Source of the DNA: an uncultured Dehalococcoidia bacterium
Lineage (GTDB): Bacteria; Chloroflexota; Dehalococcoidia; Lucifugimonadales; GCA-2712585
NCBI GenBank assembly: GCA_964439905.1
Contig: CAYTPK010000022.1
Span: 8,639 to 72,638, forward strand
Reading direction: 5' to 3'
Length of the DNA stretch: 64,000 nt
Every line of letters begins with the position of its first letter. Position 1 is the first letter of the stretch. Positions 27,980 through 38,046 of this stretch are shown here, in pieces. The position numbers and the translations under genes are program-made. Under the pieces are notes generated by a model. That model was not told where the DNA came from, searched no databases, and saw only the letters and a list, made by a program, of their open reading frames with translations.

Positions 27980-28618
27980 TCATGACAGGCTTTGGGAATT
28001 TCCCTGATAAAATTTGGCTGGTGCAAAAGATCTACGATGAAACGAAGAAGGCCCTAGTAGTTTTATAGAGTTTATGTGCGCTTTTGTTCCATACCCCTTA
28101 TTTTTATTAAAATCATAGCCAGGGTGGATTTCGTTAGCTGCAGTCATTAATTTATCACGTGCTACTTTGGCTACGATAGACGCTGCTGCGATAGAGTAAG
28201 ATATGGTATCCCCTTTGGTTAGGCTAGTAAAAGGGATTCTGGCGTCGAAAAGTTTAACGTAATCTATCAGCAAATATTGTGGCTGAACATTCAATTCCTT
28301 GATTGCGCGAATCATGGCTAGCTTTGTAGCTTCAGATATCCCCAGTGAGTCTATTTCCTTTGGACTAGCCAATCCAATCCCAATCGATAAGCAATGTTTT
28401 TCAATTTCTATTGCCGCTTGTTCGCGTGTTGATGGGGTTAATTTCTTACTATCGTCTATTTTCTCCAACCAAGGACTTACATGTCCTTCAGGTGGTTTTA
28501 ATATAACTGCACCAGCGGCTACCGGGCCTGCAAGTGGGCCTCTGCCTACTTCATCTATACCGGCTATGAGCCTGAACCCTCGCGAATTTAAGGTATATTC
28601 CCAGTCAAAATTAGGCAT
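27980..28618 (-). CDS. rnhB: Ribonuclease HII
   Basis: IAGIDEVGRGPLAGPV, DDSKKL, IDY..., ASIVAKVARD. 212 aa. 8-nt overlap with mnmA. Confidence 0.9.
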   Translation of the reverse strand: MPNFDWEYTLNSRGFRLIAGIDEVGRGPLAGPVAAGAVILKPPEGHVSPWLEKIDDSKKLTPSTREQAAIEIEKHCLSIGIGLASPKEIDSLGISEATKLAMIRAIKELNVQPQYLLIDYVKLFDARIPFTSLTKGDTISYSIAAASIVAKVARDKLMTAANEIHPGYDFNKNKGYGTKAHINSIKLLGPSSFHRRSFAPAKFYQGNSQSLS

Positions 28619-29747
28619 GGAAAACTGTGTGGCTTTTTATTGATGGAGTGGTTTCAGGAGGTCTTGTTATTCGACCTCCTCCGATAACTTCATCTCCCAT
28701 ATAAAAAACGACAGCTTGCCCAGGGGTTATTGCTCTTTGCTTTTCGCGTAGTTCGACGCGAGTGGTGTTATTGGCAGTTGGAAACAACCTTCCTGGAGTT
28801 TCTGTAGAATTGTATCGAATTTTTACCATAACTTCCGTCCCGCTGTCAGGTGGATTTCCCAGTATCCAAGAGATTTTGTCAGCAAAAAGTTCAGAGTGAA
28901 ATAGCTCGTTGTCGGGTCCTAGGGTTATAATCCCAGATTCTGGATTTATACCTGTGACAAACAAGGGAACGGTACTATTAATTCCTAGACCCCTACGTTG
29001 GCCAATCGTGTAAAATTCTATGCCTTTGTGTTGTCCTAGAATTGTTCCGCTAGAATCGGTTAACAATCCTGGTTTGGGTTGGACCTTTTCCTTTAAAAAA
29101 GCACGATAATCTCCCAAGGGAATAAAGCAAATTTCTTGGCTATCTGGTTTGCTCGCATTTGGAAAGCCGGCCTCATGGGCCAGCTGCCTGATTGTAGTCT
29201 TTGAATAAGACCCGACAGGCATAAGAACTTGAGATAACTCGTTTTGTCCCATGTTGTAAAGGACATATGATTGGTCCTTATCTTCGTCTAGTCCCTTTAA
29301 TAGAGAAAATAATCCACGTCCGTTCGATTCTATTCTTGCGTAATGCCCGGTACCGACATAACGTGCTTTAAGGAACCGGGCTCTTTCTAATAAGAACGAA
29401 AATTTGATTTTATCGTTACACGCTATACAAGGGTGAGGAGTGTTTCCAAGTTGGTATTCTGAAAGGAAATAGTTAATGACGTAGGTTTGAAATTCCTTTC
29501 TGAGATCCATAACGTAGTGGGGTATATCTAAGATCTCGCACACTCGTCGTGCGTCCTCTGCATCATCAACAGTGCAACAGCCTTGATAATTTTTCGGCAT
29601 ATCAGGATTCTCATCCAAGTCGTAAAGTCTCATAGTTATACCTATGGGGTTGAGACCTGCATTTTTTAGTAACAATGCTGCTACGGAAGAATCAACTCCA
29701 CCGCTCATCGCTACGACTGCCTGATGGCCTTTTTTGTGTTGAGGCAT
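28611..29747 (-). CDS. mnmA: tRNA-specific 2-thiouridylase
   Basis: PP-loop VAMSGGVDSSVAA, catalytic Cys contexts (NPCIACN-like HPCIACNDKIKF, QEICF). 378 aa. Confidence 0.95.
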   Translation of the reverse strand: MPQHKKGHQAVVAMSGGVDSSVAALLLKNAGLNPIGITMRLYDLDENPDMPKNYQGCCTVDDAEDARRVCEILDIPHYVMDLRKEFQTYVINYFLSEYQLGNTPHPCIACNDKIKFSFLLERARFLKARYVGTGHYARIESNGRGLFSLLKGLDEDKDQSYVLYNMGQNELSQVLMPVGSYSKTTIRQLAHEAGFPNASKPDSQEICFIPLGDYRAFLKEKVQPKPGLLTDSSGTILGQHKGIEFYTIGQRRGLGINSTVPLFVTGINPESGIITLGPDNELFHSELFADKISWILGNPPDSGTEVMVKIRYNSTETPGRLFPTANNTTRVELREKQRAITPGQAVVFYMGDEVIGGGRITRPPETTPSIKSHTVFHA

Positions 29748-30018
29748 TGCAATAGACTAACATTTAGATGTTGAGGTGACCAGAGGGCCCAAGCCACTAG
29801 TTCAAGGATTAGTTTTAGTATAGTGAAGAGCTATACGTTGAGAAAACTCTTTCCAAATTACCTAACTGATAATCATCGATGGCCAGTATTCGTGTTTTAA
29901 CTGAGGAAGAATTTTATATGAAGACGACGTTAAATCACTACACGAAACTTATTAAGCGAACTTAGGATAGAAAATAAATTTGCTTAATAAGATACTGTGA
30001 TTGATTGTTACATACTAG

Positions 30019-31857
30019 TTATTCAATTGCCGTAGCTGATTTACTTGCATTCTTTTCGTATCTAAGCCGGTCTGTAGTTGGAAGAATTCTCTTCCGAAGT
30101 CTCAAATGTTGGGGAGTAATTTCAATTAATTCTTCTTCGGAAATAATATCCAAGGATTCTTCTAAAGAGAGTTCAACGGGTTTAATTAGTTTTGTGACTA
30201 TATCAGCGGTTGACGAACGCATATTGGTTAATTTTTTCTCCTTACATACGTTTACGACAAGATCGGAAGGCCTGGTGTGCAAACCAACTATCATTCCTTC
30301 ATAGACTTGTTGCCCAGCATCAATCATGGTTTTACCTCTTTCTTGAGCATTAGTTAGGCCAAACGCCACGGACATACCCGCCTGTGAAGCAACTAGGAAA
30401 CCTTGGTTAGATCGCCTAATCTTGCCCTGTTTGCTTTTATATCCAGCGAAAGTACTGGACATTATTCCATCGCCTCGGGTCGCTTTCTGGAAGAATGACC
30501 GAAATCCGATCAAGCCTCTTGTTGGAATTTGAAAGCGTAAACGTAAATTCCCTGACCCATCATTAATGAGGTCTTCAAGTATTGCTAGCCTTCGGTTTAA
30601 GTTTTCACTCAAAACACCAAAATATGATTCACTAGTTTCTATATGCAGGCATTCAAAAGGTTCTTGGGTTTTGCCATCCACGATTTTAAATATGGGTTTA
30701 GCTTGTGATACTTGAAATTCATACCCTTCTCTTCTCATAGTCTCAGCTAAAACAGACAGGTGCAGTTCTCCTCTTCCACTCACATTAAATTCATCTGTAT
30801 CGTCTGTTGGGGAAACTCTTAGACCCACATTTGTACGAATTTCTTCCGTTAGGCGCTTATATAATTCCCGTGTGGTGTGAAAATCCCCCTCTTTCCCCAT
30901 AAGTGGAGAGGTATTGACCCCAAACGTCATTTTCACCGTTGGTTCGTCGACATGAATTGGAGGTAAAGGGTCAGGATTTTCGGCGTCGGCTATGGTATCT
31001 CCGATATGAACATTTTCTAATCCAGTAATCGCAACTATTTCACCTGCGGAAGCTTGAGATACTTTTGTTTTCCCCATTCCGTCAAATACAAAAGTGTTTT
31101 CAATAGTGTGGTTTGTAATGGATCGATTTATTGAGATCAACGAAGCTTTAGATTTTTGCGCTATCGTGCCTCTCGATAGTTTGCCAATTGCAATTTGGCC
31201 GAGATAATCATCATAATCAAGGGCCGTTACTAGTAGCTGAAATGGTTCTGAAGCTGACCCAGTGGGAGGAGGCACACGGTCTAAAATGACATCCAACAAT
31301 GGACTAATATCGTTTGGCTTGTCATTTATATTTAATAGAGCATATCCGTACCTAGCAGAAGCATATAGGACTGGATACTCAAGTTGGGCCTCATTTGTAG
31401 CTAACTCAAGGAAAAGATCGTCTATTTGATTTAGTACCTCTTCTGGTCTACATTGAGGCCTATCTATTTTGTTGATTACGACTATAGGCAGTAATCCATA
31501 GTTAATTGCTTGTTGCAGAACGTATCTTGTTTGGGGCATAGGACCATCAACCGAATCGACCAATAATATACAGCCGTCTGCCATATTCATTACCCGCTCA
31601 ACCTCTCCACTGAAATCTGCATGTCCTGGCGTGTCGATAATGTTAACTTTAACGTCCTTGTATCTTATAGATGTATTTTTGGCTAATATGGTGATGCCCT
31701 TTTCTTTCTCCAAAGGATTGCTATCCATTATTAGCTCGCCAGGCTCTTCTCTTTCACCAAAAATATTATTTTGTTTCAGTAGCGCATCTACCAGCGTTGT
31801 TTTTCCATGATCTACATGGGCGATGATTGTGATGTTACGAAGATTAGTTGTGGGCAC
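30019..31857 (-). CDS. typA: Translational GTPase TypA/BipA
   Basis: G1 AHVDHGKTT, G3 DTPGHADF, G4 NKIDR. EF-G-like domains and a BipA-type C-terminus. 612 aa. Confidence 0.95.
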   Translation of the reverse strand: MPTTNLRNITIIAHVDHGKTTLVDALLKQNNIFGEREEPGELIMDSNPLEKEKGITILAKNTSIRYKDVKVNIIDTPGHADFSGEVERVMNMADGCILLVDSVDGPMPQTRYVLQQAINYGLLPIVVINKIDRPQCRPEEVLNQIDDLFLELATNEAQLEYPVLYASARYGYALLNINDKPNDISPLLDVILDRVPPPTGSASEPFQLLVTALDYDDYLGQIAIGKLSRGTIAQKSKASLISINRSITNHTIENTFVFDGMGKTKVSQASAGEIVAITGLENVHIGDTIADAENPDPLPPIHVDEPTVKMTFGVNTSPLMGKEGDFHTTRELYKRLTEEIRTNVGLRVSPTDDTDEFNVSGRGELHLSVLAETMRREGYEFQVSQAKPIFKIVDGKTQEPFECLHIETSESYFGVLSENLNRRLAILEDLINDGSGNLRLRFQIPTRGLIGFRSFFQKATRGDGIMSSTFAGYKSKQGKIRRSNQGFLVASQAGMSVAFGLTNAQERGKTMIDAGQQVYEGMIVGLHTRPSDLVVNVCKEKKLTNMRSSTADIVTKLIKPVELSLEESLDIISEEELIEITPQHLRLRKRILPTTDRLRYEKNASKSATAIE

Positions 31858-31966
31858 GGGTTTTTAAAGTCCTTAAGTATTTACGATGTTCTTATATGTT
31901 TTATTGGAAAGAATATTTCGTACATTCTTACTAAGCCTGGGTACCACAATAGATAGATCACAGCAC

Positions 31967-32908
31967 TTAAAATGCTTTGGCTATTAGTCTCCCAGTGAGA
32001 TAGTTAAATGGAGAATTGTACGACCAATTAGCTACGGGTTTTAACAAGTTAATCAAAGCCCTCAGATGCCAAGGGAAAAACATTTTATTATGCAATCCAT
32101 ATAATAGGGATGCCTGGCCTAACCCGCGGTATCCGGTGAATTCTACTAGACCTTTCGTCATATCTTGAATTAATTTCTTTAAGGGGAAGTTGAATTTGAT
32201 TGCCCACTCAGGAGCTTTTGACTGCCATTCTGGGGCCATATGATGACCTGGCATTATGAATTGTGAAGCAGCCTTAACGACCTCACTTTTTCGGAATGGC
32301 TGGTACTTGAGTATTGTGGCTATGCCAGTTCTGTAAACGTGTCTATGAAAATTCTCTTGTTTTGCTATATCATCCATTATTTTTATAAGTAATTTATGGG
32401 ATGGATCTTCTGCCGATGGTTGATTTTGTAAATATTTCCGCATTGTCTCGTAAAAACGCCAAGTGATTAATTCTTGGAGCCAACCGTAGGTAGCCGCTTG
32501 TAATTCTGTGTAGCCCGATCCATGAATAAATCCGCGATCGATTACTTTCTTAATCTCTTTTTCAATGAATATACGTGAATATGATCCGGTACGAATAAGA
32601 TATTCCTTATATGGTACCGCGTGCATGCTTTCTTCCTGTAACCAAGTTTCGGTAATAAACCGCCGTAACCAGGATGATCCACTACGGTCGGAGGCTGCTA
32701 ATAGAATTTGAGCAGGTGCGTCCGGATTGGATTCTACTAATGTCACGAATGCAATTGCTCCTATTAACTCTGTATCTACGGAGGAACTTTTGATCATAGA
32801 CCAATCATAATCGTCTAGTTCAATCGGCCGTCGTTTTGGCAAATACCTATCCAGAAAGAAGTGCATGTCTCTTTCTATGGATTTTGTCTGGTATGTATTA
32901 GGGTTCAT
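31967..32908 (-). CDS. Ferritin-like di-iron carboxylate protein (soluble acyl-ACP-desaturase-like), function unknown
   Basis: Two ExxH motifs in helical context (LQEESMH and AKQENFH), plus upstream acidic residues (VESN, LQELITW). 313 aa. Confidence 0.5.
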   Translation of the reverse strand: MNPNTYQTKSIERDMHFFLDRYLPKRRPIELDDYDWSMIKSSSVDTELIGAIAFVTLVESNPDAPAQILLAASDRSGSSWLRRFITETWLQEESMHAVPYKEYLIRTGSYSRIFIEKEIKKVIDRGFIHGSGYTELQAATYGWLQELITWRFYETMRKYLQNQPSAEDPSHKLLIKIMDDIAKQENFHRHVYRTGIATILKYQPFRKSEVVKAASQFIMPGHHMAPEWQSKAPEWAIKFNFPLKKLIQDMTKGLVEFTGYRGLGQASLLYGLHNKMFFPWHLRALINLLKPVANWSYNSPFNYLTGRLIAKAF

Positions 32909-33057
32909 TCCTTATATCAATACGGTGGTTACTAGGAGTGTAGAAACATGTTACAAAGAATGGTAGCTTAAAGGCAATAGAATTGAATGAAACTTTTGAT
33001 TGGTAGAGGAGCGTATATCGATATATAATTCTCAGTCAGTAGAGTGGAGAACGGCAA

Positions 33058-33402
33058 GTGAACCCTTTAGATTTAGCACATAAATTGGTATCTTTAGCAT
33101 CCGATTTTCAAGCGGAAGATATCTTGTTGCTCGACATAACAGAAATATTTCCATTTGCCGATTACTTTGTGATTCTCTCCGTGAATTCGGATCGACAGGC
33201 AAAAGCTATACAGGAAGAAATGATTTCTAACCTCAAGAAACAAAAAATTAAAGTGTATGGTATAGAGGGATCTACTGGATCTGGCTGGCAATTGTTGGAT
33301 TTTAAGGACGTTGTGGTCCACATCTTTAGAGTAGAAGAAAGGGAGACATATAATTTAGAAGAATTATGGATTGAGGCTCCCCGACTAGTTAGGGTTCAGT
33401 AA
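33058..33402 (+). CDS. rsfS: Ribosome silencing factor RsfS
   Basis: 114 aa. ILLLDITEIFPFADYFVILSVNSDRQAKAI ... WQLLDFKDVVVHIF is the typical RsfS/IojAP pattern. GTG start. Confidence 0.85.
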   Translation: MNPLDLAHKLVSLASDFQAEDILLLDITEIFPFADYFVILSVNSDRQAKAIQEEMISNLKKQKIKVYGIEGSTGSGWQLLDFKDVVVHIFRVEERETYNLEELWIEAPRLVRVQ

Positions 33403-33853
33403 TCCATCGATCAGTACTTAATTGGTAGTCTAGAAGCTCATTGTCTGTAAAGAATAGCAAGATTTCTTCATGGGCAGTTTTGATCGAGTCCGACCCGTGT
33501 ATTAGGTTACGTCCGATGTCCATGGCTAAATCACCACGAATTGTACCTGGTGGTGCTTCTGATGGATTAGTGGCCCCCATAGTCGCTCGAGTGATTTCTA
33601 CAGCATTTCGTCCCTGGAACACGATAGCTACTACAGGGCTAGAAGTTATAAAGTCTACTAGGTTCGGGAAAAATGGCCGGCTTTTGTGAACCCCATAGTG
33701 TAGTTCAGCAGTGGTTCGTTTTATTCTCAGAATCTTTAATCCTGCGATTTTCAATCCGCGAGATTCGAGTCTGGATATAATGTTTCCCACTAGTCCTCGT
33801 TGAACGCCGTCCGGTTTTATTAGGACGAGAGTCCTTTCCGTTTGATTAGTCAC
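33389..33853 (-). CDS. ndk: Nucleoside diphosphate kinase
   Basis: ERTLVLIKPDGVQRGLVG and active-site NLIHGSDS. 154 aa. Confidence 0.95.
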   Translation of the reverse strand: MTNQTERTLVLIKPDGVQRGLVGNIISRLESRGLKIAGLKILRIKRTTAELHYGVHKSRPFFPNLVDFITSSPVVAIVFQGRNAVEITRATMGATNPSEAPPGTIRGDLAMDIGRNLIHGSDSIKTAHEEILLFFTDNELLDYQLSTDRWITEP

Positions 33854-34569
33854 ATTAACTCCTTCTGGCTTTTGCCTAATTTGATTAATTTAGCTGGGTT
33901 AGGTTTCGTTATATTGGGTTGTGTCAGATATAGAGGTTGTAGTGTTTTAGGGTCATCGCGAAGTCCTTGGTCTAATCGTGAACTACCGAGTTGAGCTAGA
34001 CTTTCTAGTCGACCATATGGGCTACAATATTCTACTATGTCGATGTCGGGGATAGAAACGTTATTAATCATTGATGTTAGATTCTGAGTGCCTTCCCCGC
34101 AAACCATTGATCCCTTGGGAAGCTTATCAAGCAGTTCGTCTGCCATGAGTGTTGTTTCTGGTTGAATGGTATTTATTTCGTTATCTTTGTCTATCACGAA
34201 ATGCCCTAACGCTGCAGTTCGCTGATTTAAGAATATAAGTGGACATATGGATTGTCGAGTCCCCCTGTATGTATATGCTTCCGCCAAAAGTGTGGAAATC
34301 CCTGCAAGTGGAATTTTTAGGGCTATGCATAGTCCTTTCGCTATACTAAAACCCACTCGTATTGCAGAGAACGATCCAGGTCCTATAGCGAGAGCAATCG
34401 CTTTTATATCTGTTACTGATAAATTATTTTCCGAGATGAGTTTATCTAATTCGGGTATTGCATGCTTTGTATGATTATATTTCGAATACCACCAAGTAGA
34501 TGCAATAACACCTGAATTCCAAAGTAAAATTCCTGCATTCCTGGTGGAAGTATCTATAGCTAGCAACAT
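33850..34569 (-). CDS. tsaB: tRNA t6A37 biosynthesis protein TsaB
   Basis: MLLAIDTST N-terminus, AIALAIGPGSFSAIRVG. 239 aa. 4-nt overlap with ndk. Confidence 0.8.
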   Translation of the reverse strand: MLLAIDTSTRNAGILLWNSGVIASTWWYSKYNHTKHAIPELDKLISENNLSVTDIKAIALAIGPGSFSAIRVGFSIAKGLCIALKIPLAGISTLLAEAYTYRGTRQSICPLIFLNQRTAALGHFVIDKDNEINTIQPETTLMADELLDKLPKGSMVCGEGTQNLTSMINNVSIPDIDIVEYCSPYGRLESLAQLGSSRLDQGLRDDPKTLQPLYLTQPNITKPNPAKLIKLGKSQKELM

Positions 34570-34572
34570 TTT

Positions 34573-35049
34573 CTAAAAATCTGTTCCCAAATCATGTAGC
34601 AAATTGCCTGAAAAGGCGTTTGGGGCAATAATGGTTATCTTCCTGTGTGACTGATTTTGGGTATATTCCAAATCTATTTTTATGCTATTTAACGGGAATA
34701 TTCCATCAGTCTTATCCGCCCACTCAATTATGCACACTCCTTCTTCTTCCAAATATTCTTCCACACCGATATCTATCAACTCTAGCGTACTTTCGATTCG
34801 GAAGAGATCGAAGTGATAAATTGGCAGCCGGCCTTGATATATAGTAGCTAGGATGAAGGTAGGACTTCGGGCATATTCTTCGCAACCGAGGCCCCATACA
34901 ATACCTTGCGTTATACATGTTTTTCCAGCGCCTAGTGGACCAGTTAGCAAGAAGACGTCATTTCTCTTGGCCATACGACCCATCCGTTTACCCAAGGCTT
35001 GGGTGTCCTCTGGACTACGTGACACTAATTCTACCTTTGTATGAGTCAT
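34573..35049 (-). CDS. tsaE: tRNA t6A37 biosynthesis ATPase TsaE
   Basis: Walker A GPLGAGKT, SPTFILATIY, HFDLFR. 158 aa. Confidence 0.85.
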   Translation of the reverse strand: MTHTKVELVSRSPEDTQALGKRMGRMAKRNDVFLLTGPLGAGKTCITQGIVWGLGCEEYARSPTFILATIYQGRLPIYHFDLFRIESTLELIDIGVEEYLEEEGVCIIEWADKTDGIFPLNSIKIDLEYTQNQSHRKITIIAPNAFSGNLLHDLGTDF

Positions 35050-36080
35050 TTATAGTGATCCCAACCATTCTTAGCTACTAAGCGATTTCCAAGGTTGTCA
35101 TTTATTATAACTTCTCCAGCCGGACCATCGTAGATATTTCCAATGATTTTGATAGTTTCTGGAATTAGTCTTTTTAAATGTGTCATGATATTTTCAGGCG
35201 CAGAAAACATTAAGGCGTAATCTTCTCCGCCGTACAAAGCGAAGTCCATATAATGATCTGGGAAGATATTCATAAGTGCTTGCTCTATTGGCAACTTGAA
35301 ATTATTTATCCTAGCAGACACCAGGCTGGCCTCACAAAACTTTTGGAGATCTGTAACAAGTCCGTCACTAATGTCCATTGCTGATAAAACCCCGTTATCG
35401 ATAAGTAAATTACCTTCCTTCAGAAGTGGGATCGGGTGAACATGGGCATTTATCAACTGGTCCTCGTATGCAGTAGATTTTCTTCTATTAGAGCCAGAAA
35501 TCAATTCAAGGCCGCCTTTAGATGACCCTAATTGTCCGATTAGGCCAATTTGATCTAACGGTTTCGCGTTGGATCTTAGCATGGGTTTGTTTCCACATTC
35601 ACCGGTTATTTGGATGGCTATAAAAGTTGTTGGGGAGCTAACAAGATTCCCCCCCACGATTTTCAAGTCATATTCTATAGAGGCATCGAGAAATCCTTCA
35701 TATAATTCATCAATGTTGTCTATAGGAGTTTCTGGACAAAGTCCCAGGTTGATTAATGCGTACAAGGGATTTCCCCCCATAGCGGCTATGTCACTAAGAT
35801 TAGACGATATGGCTTTCCAACCGACATCTCGTAAAGGAATAGTTTCTCGATTGAAATGGATTCCTTCCACCATGGTGTCAGTAGTCACGACCTGGATGCC
35901 TTCAGCAGTCTTCCAGGCAGCAGCATCATCACCAATACCCACCAATAAATCATCGGGTAATGTGTGATTATATTGGACTCGGTCTTTCATGATCCGTTGA
36001 ATTCGGGAAATCAATCCTAGTTCGCCTAAGTCTTTTAACAACATCAGAAGATTATATCTGTGGTTAGGTGTAACCCTCAA
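35046..36080 (-). CDS. thiL: Thiamine-monophosphate kinase
   Basis: GELGLISRI, GIGDDAA, DTMVEGIHF, LSDIAAMGG, DISDGL. The likely true start is ATG at 36044 rather than TTG at 36080. Confidence 0.85.
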   Translation of the reverse strand: MRVTPNHRYNLLMLLKDLGELGLISRIQRIMKDRVQYNHTLPDDLLVGIGDDAAAWKTAEGIQVVTTDTMVEGIHFNRETIPLRDVGWKAISSNLSDIAAMGGNPLYALINLGLCPETPIDNIDELYEGFLDASIEYDLKIVGGNLVSSPTTFIAIQITGECGNKPMLRSNAKPLDQIGLIGQLGSSKGGLELISGSNRRKSTAYEDQLINAHVHPIPLLKEGNLLIDNGVLSAMDISDGLVTDLQKFCEASLVSARINNFKLPIEQALMNIFPDHYMDFALYGGEDYALMFSAPENIMTHLKRLIPETIKIIGNIYDGPAGEVIINDNLGNRLVAKNGWDHYK

Positions 36081-36247
36081 CTAGACGTATTATTGTTTAA
36101 TGTACTCTCGTATAGTAATTCTAATTTATGAGGTGGTAGATATAGGAAGACTGCCCAAGAACATAATCTGGTTTTACAATCTATGATCCATAAGTAAAAC
36201 GGGTCTGATATTATCCTAATCTTTACCCAAAGGTTCTCTTTGGCCTA

Positions 36248-36256
36248 TGTTATAAT
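36248..36256 (+). promoter_or_regulatory. Candidate extended -10 promoter (TGTTATAAT) for the tRNA-Lys/tRNA-Leu pair
   Basis: TGT-TATAAT ends 12 nt upstream of the tRNA-Lys 5' end. No good -35, which is tolerated by extended -10 promoters. Confidence 0.35.
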
Positions 36257-36268
36257 CCTATGTCTTGG

Positions 36269-36345
<77 letters not shown>

Positions 36346-36390
36346 AACTTACGAGTACAGAAACCATAGTTTGTAATAGCTTCAGGTTTT

Positions 36391-36475
36391 GTGGGGAGTG
36401 TCGGAATTGGTAGACGAGCATGATTTAGGATCATGTGCCGAAAGGCGTGGGAGTTCGAGTCTCCCCTTCCCCACC
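36391..36475 (+). tRNA. tRNA-Leu (anticodon UAG), class II long variable arm, CCA encoded
   Basis: GGAATTGGTAGAC D region, anticodon stem CATGA/TCATG with loop TTTAGGA, variable arm GCCGAAAGGC, T arm GGGAG-TTCGAGT-CTCCC. U1-C72 is unpaired in my fold. Confidence 0.8.
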
Positions 36476-36533
36476 AAACTCGATCTAGTTCATATTGATT
36501 AGACCTAACGACAACTTCAAACAGTCTCCTTTT

Positions 36534-37751
36534 CTAATCTTTTTGACCTTGACGATTAACCATTGGTGCCACAGGGAGATGGGCAAGGGCATTTGTAGTT
36601 ACTAAGGTGCCTCCACCAAAAATCGCCCAGTTAACGCCCAACCATCCAGCTACAGCTCCCATGCCCAATGAGCCAAATCCTATGCCGGTCATTACTATTC
36701 CATAAATCGCCATAATTCGCCCACGCATTTCTTCTGGACACAAAGTCAGGAGAAGCGTATTCGCCTGAATGTCATATATTACGGCGACTATACCGATAGC
36801 TGATACTAAAGCGTAAGATAGGTAGGCATCGCGGCTAAAACTAAACGCGATTAATGCAATGCCAAAAAGACTGGCGCAGCCCCACAGAATGGATCCCTTA
36901 ATTTTGATGTCTCCAAAGCCAGAAACTGTTATTGCTCCCAAGACCCCTCCCAAGCCTCTAAAAGTTCCTAAAAGGCCTAAGGTTACGGCGTCTCCGCCCA
37001 ATAAACTTACAGCTACCACAGGAAACATTGACCACGTAGAGTAACCCAAACTTTCTGTGACTAGAACTGTCCATAGTATCGTTCTAAGGGATGTATCATT
37101 CTTTACAAACTTTAATGCTTCTCTGAAGTCTTGCGTTAAAGATTGAGCAGCTCTGATTTTAATGGGGATCGATTTTACTCGAAATAGTGGTAAGACTCCG
37201 ATAATGATAATCAAGCTTAGGATTAAGAATAGATAACCAACCCCAAATGACTTAATAATAAACCCTGCACTTATTGGTCCTATCAACCCAGCCCCTTGAG
37301 AAGTTAAGAAATGCGCCGCAGTTGCATTCATGAAGGCTTTCCTTCCCACAACGGAGAACGTAAAAGGTTTACCTGCAGTCCGTTGTAAGGACATACCCAT
37401 CCTCTGGATAACGGACAACATGAGTACGTGCCATACTTGAACCATGTCATTTATAACAAGGATGCCAATCATCAAAATAGCAAGGCCCATTACCGATTGT
37501 GAAATGATCATTAGTTTTCGTCGATCAAGCCGGTCAGACATTAATCCCCAAAAGGGATTTAATATTAAGTTCGATGCTGCGCCCAACGCTGGAGCGAGAC
37601 CAACCATGAATGGTGATGCGGTTAATTCATAGAGCAACCATCCCTGGCCAATCATAAATGGTTGAAATCCGGCTGCTCCAGCTAAACTACTAGCCCATAT
37701 CCAACGAAATGCTGGTATTTTGAAGGCTAGAGTCAAGCGGTTCCAGTTCAT
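36534..37751 (-). CDS. MFS transporter
   Basis: 12 predicted hydrophobic helices. MFS loop 2-3 motif GLMSDRLDRRKLM. 405 aa. Confidence 0.8.
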   Translation of the reverse strand: MNWNRLTLAFKIPAFRWIWASSLAGAAGFQPFMIGQGWLLYELTASPFMVGLAPALGAASNLILNPFWGLMSDRLDRRKLMIISQSVMGLAILMIGILVINDMVQVWHVLMLSVIQRMGMSLQRTAGKPFTFSVVGRKAFMNATAAHFLTSQGAGLIGPISAGFIIKSFGVGYLFLILSLIIIIGVLPLFRVKSIPIKIRAAQSLTQDFREALKFVKNDTSLRTILWTVLVTESLGYSTWSMFPVVAVSLLGGDAVTLGLLGTFRGLGGVLGAITVSGFGDIKIKGSILWGCASLFGIALIAFSFSRDAYLSYALVSAIGIVAVIYDIQANTLLLTLCPEEMRGRIMAIYGIVMTGIGFGSLGMGAVAGWLGVNWAIFGGGTLVTTNALAHLPVAPMVNRQGQKD

Positions 37752-38046
37752 GAGAAAGGAAGATTAACAGGAATTAAGTTTCATTATCAATTACCTACTA
37801 GGGAGCAGGTCTCCAATTTCGACACCAAACCTAACGTGTAGTACTAACGAGGTGTGCCATCAAGCTAGGCCTATCCTTTAATGTCACCACATCGTAGCGT
37901 CGTACAATCTCTTCTTGTACGAGCCTAAAACATATAAGTTAGGCCCTCCAAAGTAACTATTGTTAAAATTGGATCTTTTAAGTGGCTAGTTTTGGTTTTC
38001 ACGGCTGCCATTCCAGATTGGAACACATAAGCTACGCTGCAATAGC

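Noticed and set aside
35569-35967. 132-aa plus-strand ORF
   Set aside because: It is antisense to thiL, which has all of its family motifs.
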